Origin: Spirochaetia bacterium
GTDB taxonomy: Bacteria > Spirochaetota > Spirochaetia > CADAEX01
Reading direction: 5' to 3'
NCBI GenBank assembly: GCA_963662795.1
Contig: OY759746.1
Location: 2,240,001-2,304,000 of the forward strand
DNA length: 64,000 bases
Shown here piece by piece: positions 61,096-64,000 of the stretch. Position 1 is the first letter of the stretch. Each line of letters starts with the position of its first letter. Under the pieces are notes generated by a model. The model searched no databases and was not told the origin of the DNA. It was given only the letters and a program-made list of their open reading frames with translations. Both the position numbers and the translations under genes were made by a program.

Positions 61096-61628
61096 GAATT
61101 TCTCCTGCGGGCAGTTTTTTTCGCGGATGAGAGTTTTTTGATAATTGATTCAAGTTTTTCGGAAGTCATGTGGCTGAATATAACGCCGTCGACAGCAATT
61201 ACCGGAGCAAGGGCGCACTGTCCGAAGCATGCGACAGTTCTGACTGTAAATCTCATGTCATCTGTCGTGTAGGATGTCTCGCCTCCTGTTTCCTCTTCAT
61301 TAAGGCCGAGTTTGATCATTATATCGGCAAGAAGCGCTCTTGACCCTCTGGTATGGCAGGCCGTACCCCTGCAGACTGTAACAGTATGGTCTCCCTGGGG
61401 TTTGAGATTGAAAAATGAATAGAATGTAATAACAGAGTAGATTCCTGAAAGCGGGACTTCCATTTTTTCAGCGACATAACGGATTGCAGGTTCTGTCAGA
61501 TAACTGTGGGGAGTCGCCGTCTGAATATCTTCAAGTACTGAAAGAAGATCTCCCGGTTTTCCCCTGTATCCTGCAATAATTGAATTAAAAAGTGAATTAT
61601 CGATTTGCTGAACTTTTGATGATTTCAC
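61092..61628 (-). CDS. hydC: [FeFe]-hydrogenase 2 gamma subunit (NuoE-like)
   Basis: ITFY, CRGTAC, CFGQCALAP; TAGGAGG + GTG. Confidence 0.9.
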   Translation of the reverse strand: MKSSKVQQIDNSLFNSIIAGYRGKPGDLLSVLEDIQTATPHSYLTEPAIRYVAEKMEVPLSGIYSVITFYSFFNLKPQGDHTVTVCRGTACHTRGSRALLADIMIKLGLNEEETGGETSYTTDDMRFTVRTVACFGQCALAPVIAVDGVIFSHMTSEKLESIIKKLSSAKKTARRRNS

Positions 61629-61793
61629 ATAACCCTCCTAAAATATTTTTATAATTTATAAAAAAATTGCCAAGCTGAGGTGTGACATGGAAAAACAAAA
61701 GCTGTATTGGTTTTAAATTAGCTGTAATGAAAAAAGAAAAACATCCGGAAAATTGGCTATTTTCCGGATATAAGATGATACGGGTAATCTGAC

Positions 61794-62225
61794 TCAGTAA
61801 GGTGAAATAATGTAATTTTTAAGCTGCTCGTTTTCAAAAAGGTTGATCTGAAGAAGTTCACTTACAACATCTCCGATCGAAACCAGTCCCGCCAGCTTGC
61901 CTTCATCCATTACCGGAAGATGTCTGATTTTGTTGCTGTCGAACAGCTTCATTACGTCAATGATGTTGGCAGTTTTTTCAGCTGAAATAACTTTGGATGC
62001 CGGTGTCATGATATCGCTTACATTTTTGTCCAGATTGGTGAAACCTTTTCTCAGGATATCTCTTTCAGAAACAATTCCCTTAAGATTTCCGGCTGCATCA
62101 ACAACAACCAGCGCGCCGACTTTTTTACTGTTAAGAGTGTCTATACATTCTCTTACTTTCTGATTTTCCCTGATGGTGTAAATCTCATGTCCTTTTTTCT
62201 TGTCCAGATAGGTACCTACGTTCAT
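61794..62225 (-). CDS. Tandem CBS-domain protein
   Basis: VGALVV..GIVSERD, IRHLPV..GLVSIGD; AGGAG RBS before ATG 62225. Confidence 0.9.
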   Translation of the reverse strand: MNVGTYLDKKKGHEIYTIRENQKVRECIDTLNSKKVGALVVVDAAGNLKGIVSERDILRKGFTNLDKNVSDIMTPASKVISAEKTANIIDVMKLFDSNKIRHLPVMDEGKLAGLVSIGDVVSELLQINLFENEQLKNYIISPY

Positions 62226-62595
62226 ACAAACTCCTTTAAAAAACATTAAAACCCGGTCCTGAAAAACTACCGGCATTTAAAAACCCCGAATAGTTTCCAT
62301 GACTTTTGGACTCACGTAAATTTTAGTATGAAAAAAGCAGTAACGCAACCAATTTTTTTATAACTTTCATAATTTGAAACGGCTTATTGCATCATAAATA
62401 TCGAGAAAGCAGTGATTTAAATATGCTGAATCAAAAAAAGTATAAAATATTTGTATAAAATGTTAAAAGTTACTCTAAAATAATGATAAAGATACATAAA
62501 ACCATCAAATTATTGCGTTTAATAAATATAATTCAGACAGCTGACTGCAGTTATGTGTATAGACACTGAAAAAAGAGGCAGGTATACTTGTTTTC

Positions 62596-63165
62596 ATGGA
62601 AAAAAATAAACATCTTGTATGGATTCAGCGCGGCAGAAAATTAGTAAAGGATTTCAGGATATTCAAGGCCGTAGAGGTCGAAAGTATTTCTCCTGAAGGG
62701 GAAAAAAGTGTTTTTGTTCAGCTTGATTCTCCTGACTGGGTTAACATAGTCTGCACTGTTAAAAATGATGACGGCGAAGACTGCTTTCTCATGGTACGGC
62801 AGTTCAGACACGGCAGCGCATCGATAACGCTTGAATTCCCTGCCGGGCTTGTCGATCCCGGTGAGGAGCCGCTTGAGGCGGCAAAGCGTGAACTGCTTGA
62901 AGAAACAGGCACAAGGGCTGAAAAACTTATTTTAATAGGCAGGGCGAATCCTGACCCCGCTTTCATGAATAATACATGCTGGACATATATGGCTGTAAAT
63001 CCCGTGACTGATATGAAGCAGTCGCTTGATGAACATGAAGTTATCGATGTTGAAGTTGTTCCTGTAAAGCAGCTTGAGGCGGAAATGGGAAACGGCGAGT
63101 TTATAAACGCGATTACAATACTGGCTTACATCTGGTATAAAAAATACAGAAAAGAGATAATCTGA
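62596..63165 (+). CDS. Nudix hydrolase (ADP-ribose pyrophosphatase-like)
   Basis: RQFRHG, EFPAGLVDPGE..LEAAKRELLEETG. Confidence 0.9.
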   Translation: MEKNKHLVWIQRGRKLVKDFRIFKAVEVESISPEGEKSVFVQLDSPDWVNIVCTVKNDDGEDCFLMVRQFRHGSASITLEFPAGLVDPGEEPLEAAKRELLEETGTRAEKLILIGRANPDPAFMNNTCWTYMAVNPVTDMKQSLDEHEVIDVEVVPVKQLEAEMGNGEFINAITILAYIWYKKYRKEII

Positions 63166-63180
63166 TATGTCAGGCTGTCT

Positions 63181-63218
63181 CTTTTGAAGGCTGCCATTTC
63201 AGACAGCCTTCAGAAAAG
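63181..63218. terminator. Bidirectional hairpin terminator
   Basis: CTTTTGAAGGCTG ... CAGCCTTCAGAAAAG between convergent genes. Confidence 0.65.
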
Positions 63219-63219
63219 G

Positions 63220-63831
63220 TTAGTTCATTTTCGGCATTGGAAAAGAAAATGATGGCATTTTCTGTATCTCGATCCCTTTTGGAACCTGGAATTTGGATGC
63301 CGGGATTGAAGATGGGGTAGAAACTGATGTGGCTTCCATTGTTGTTTTCATCCCCTCATATTCAGTAACTACCTTAAGCGGCATACCTTCCCACAACCAG
63401 TATTTTTCCTGTCCGTCATCTTTCTTGTTCAGGTATATTGTGCATTTTTTACCGAGAATTGTTTCTGTTCCGACAGCAGTTCCCATGTCCTCTTCATCAA
63501 TATCCATATCAAGCGCCTCATTTTCCATCATACCGCCCATGCTGTCCAATGATTTAAGGTCCATGGCAGTTTTTTCATTCCAGTTGATCATGTATTCGCT
63601 GTCAGGTGTTATGATTGTCGTCGTACTCATTTCATCTGATTTGATTGTAGTAGACATATACACGCCGAATTTGTCAAATGCCATTTCCATAGTGCCGTTA
63701 CCCATGAATTCAGTATTATTGCCGGTAATTTTATAATTAATTACCGCCCTTTCGAGTTTGAATCCTTCTGCCGGAATCGTTGCAGATGCGGCGGTCAATA
63801 TCAGCAGTACGATTAAATATTTTTTCATCAT
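63220..63831 (-). CDS. Exported hypothetical protein (DUF4412/LolA-like fold suspected)
   Basis: Signal peptide, GTETILGKKC..Y, W.W.G.PLK, IPASKFQVP.G. Confidence 0.65.
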   Translation of the reverse strand: MMKKYLIVLLILTAASATIPAEGFKLERAVINYKITGNNTEFMGNGTMEMAFDKFGVYMSTTIKSDEMSTTTIITPDSEYMINWNEKTAMDLKSLDSMGGMMENEALDMDIDEEDMGTAVGTETILGKKCTIYLNKKDDGQEKYWLWEGMPLKVVTEYEGMKTTMEATSVSTPSSIPASKFQVPKGIEIQKMPSFSFPMPKMN

Positions 63832-63948
63832 TTCTATACTCCTTCAGAAATCCATTTTGTCAGGTATGATATTATAATATTTTTTATCGAACTTCAAATC
63901 CTTTAACTGATATTGAGTATTTGATATGCTATGATTATTAAAAAAAGA

Positions 63949-64000
63949 AGGCGCCGACCGGATTCGAACCGGTGCATGAAGGTTTTGCAGACCTCTCCCT
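63949..64000 (-). tRNA. tRNA-Cys(GCA), 5' part outside the window
   Basis: Reverse complement ...GAGGT-CTGCAAA-ACCTT..CCGGTTCGAATCCGGTCGGCGCCT. Confidence 0.9.

Overview
Chromosomal window from an anaerobic bacterium, most likely a free-living spirochaete (inference from the His-Arg-Lys-Leu-Gly tRNA cluster before tig-clpP-clpX, the long C-terminally extended RarA, an Lsa36-like surface protein and tRNA-Arg(UCG)). From left to right: a partial carbon-nitrogen hydrolase, an outer-membrane protein, dGTPase, gene remnants, nudC and a Toa/PydD-like class III aminotransferase. Next come an IS481 remnant and an AT-rich catabolic cassette (DeoR, TctCBA, SDR, ThDP enzyme, SDR), a SauS-like acylating aldehyde dehydrogenase and a Na+-translocating (methyl)malonyl-CoA decarboxylase operon. 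An AT-rich signalling island follows (integrase remnant, PAS-LuxR, complete che operon whose CheA carries MshEN-like repeats, degenerate GGDEF-EAL, IS256 remnant, Cache-GGDEF), then housekeeping genes (ackA, nrnA-like, M24 peptidase, argF, clpX, clpP, tig, 5 tRNAs, rarA). Near the right end are two convergent trimeric [FeFe]-hydrogenase operons whose NuoF/HydB subunits are fused to a GltD/Nfn-like NADP(H) module in place of the usual ferredoxin tail. The best candidates for undescribed biology are the twin NADH/NADPH-wired hydrogenases and a possible amine -> semialdehyde -> acyl-CoA -> Na+-pump (or sulfonate) pathway. All family assignments come from motif recognition only; no database search was run.
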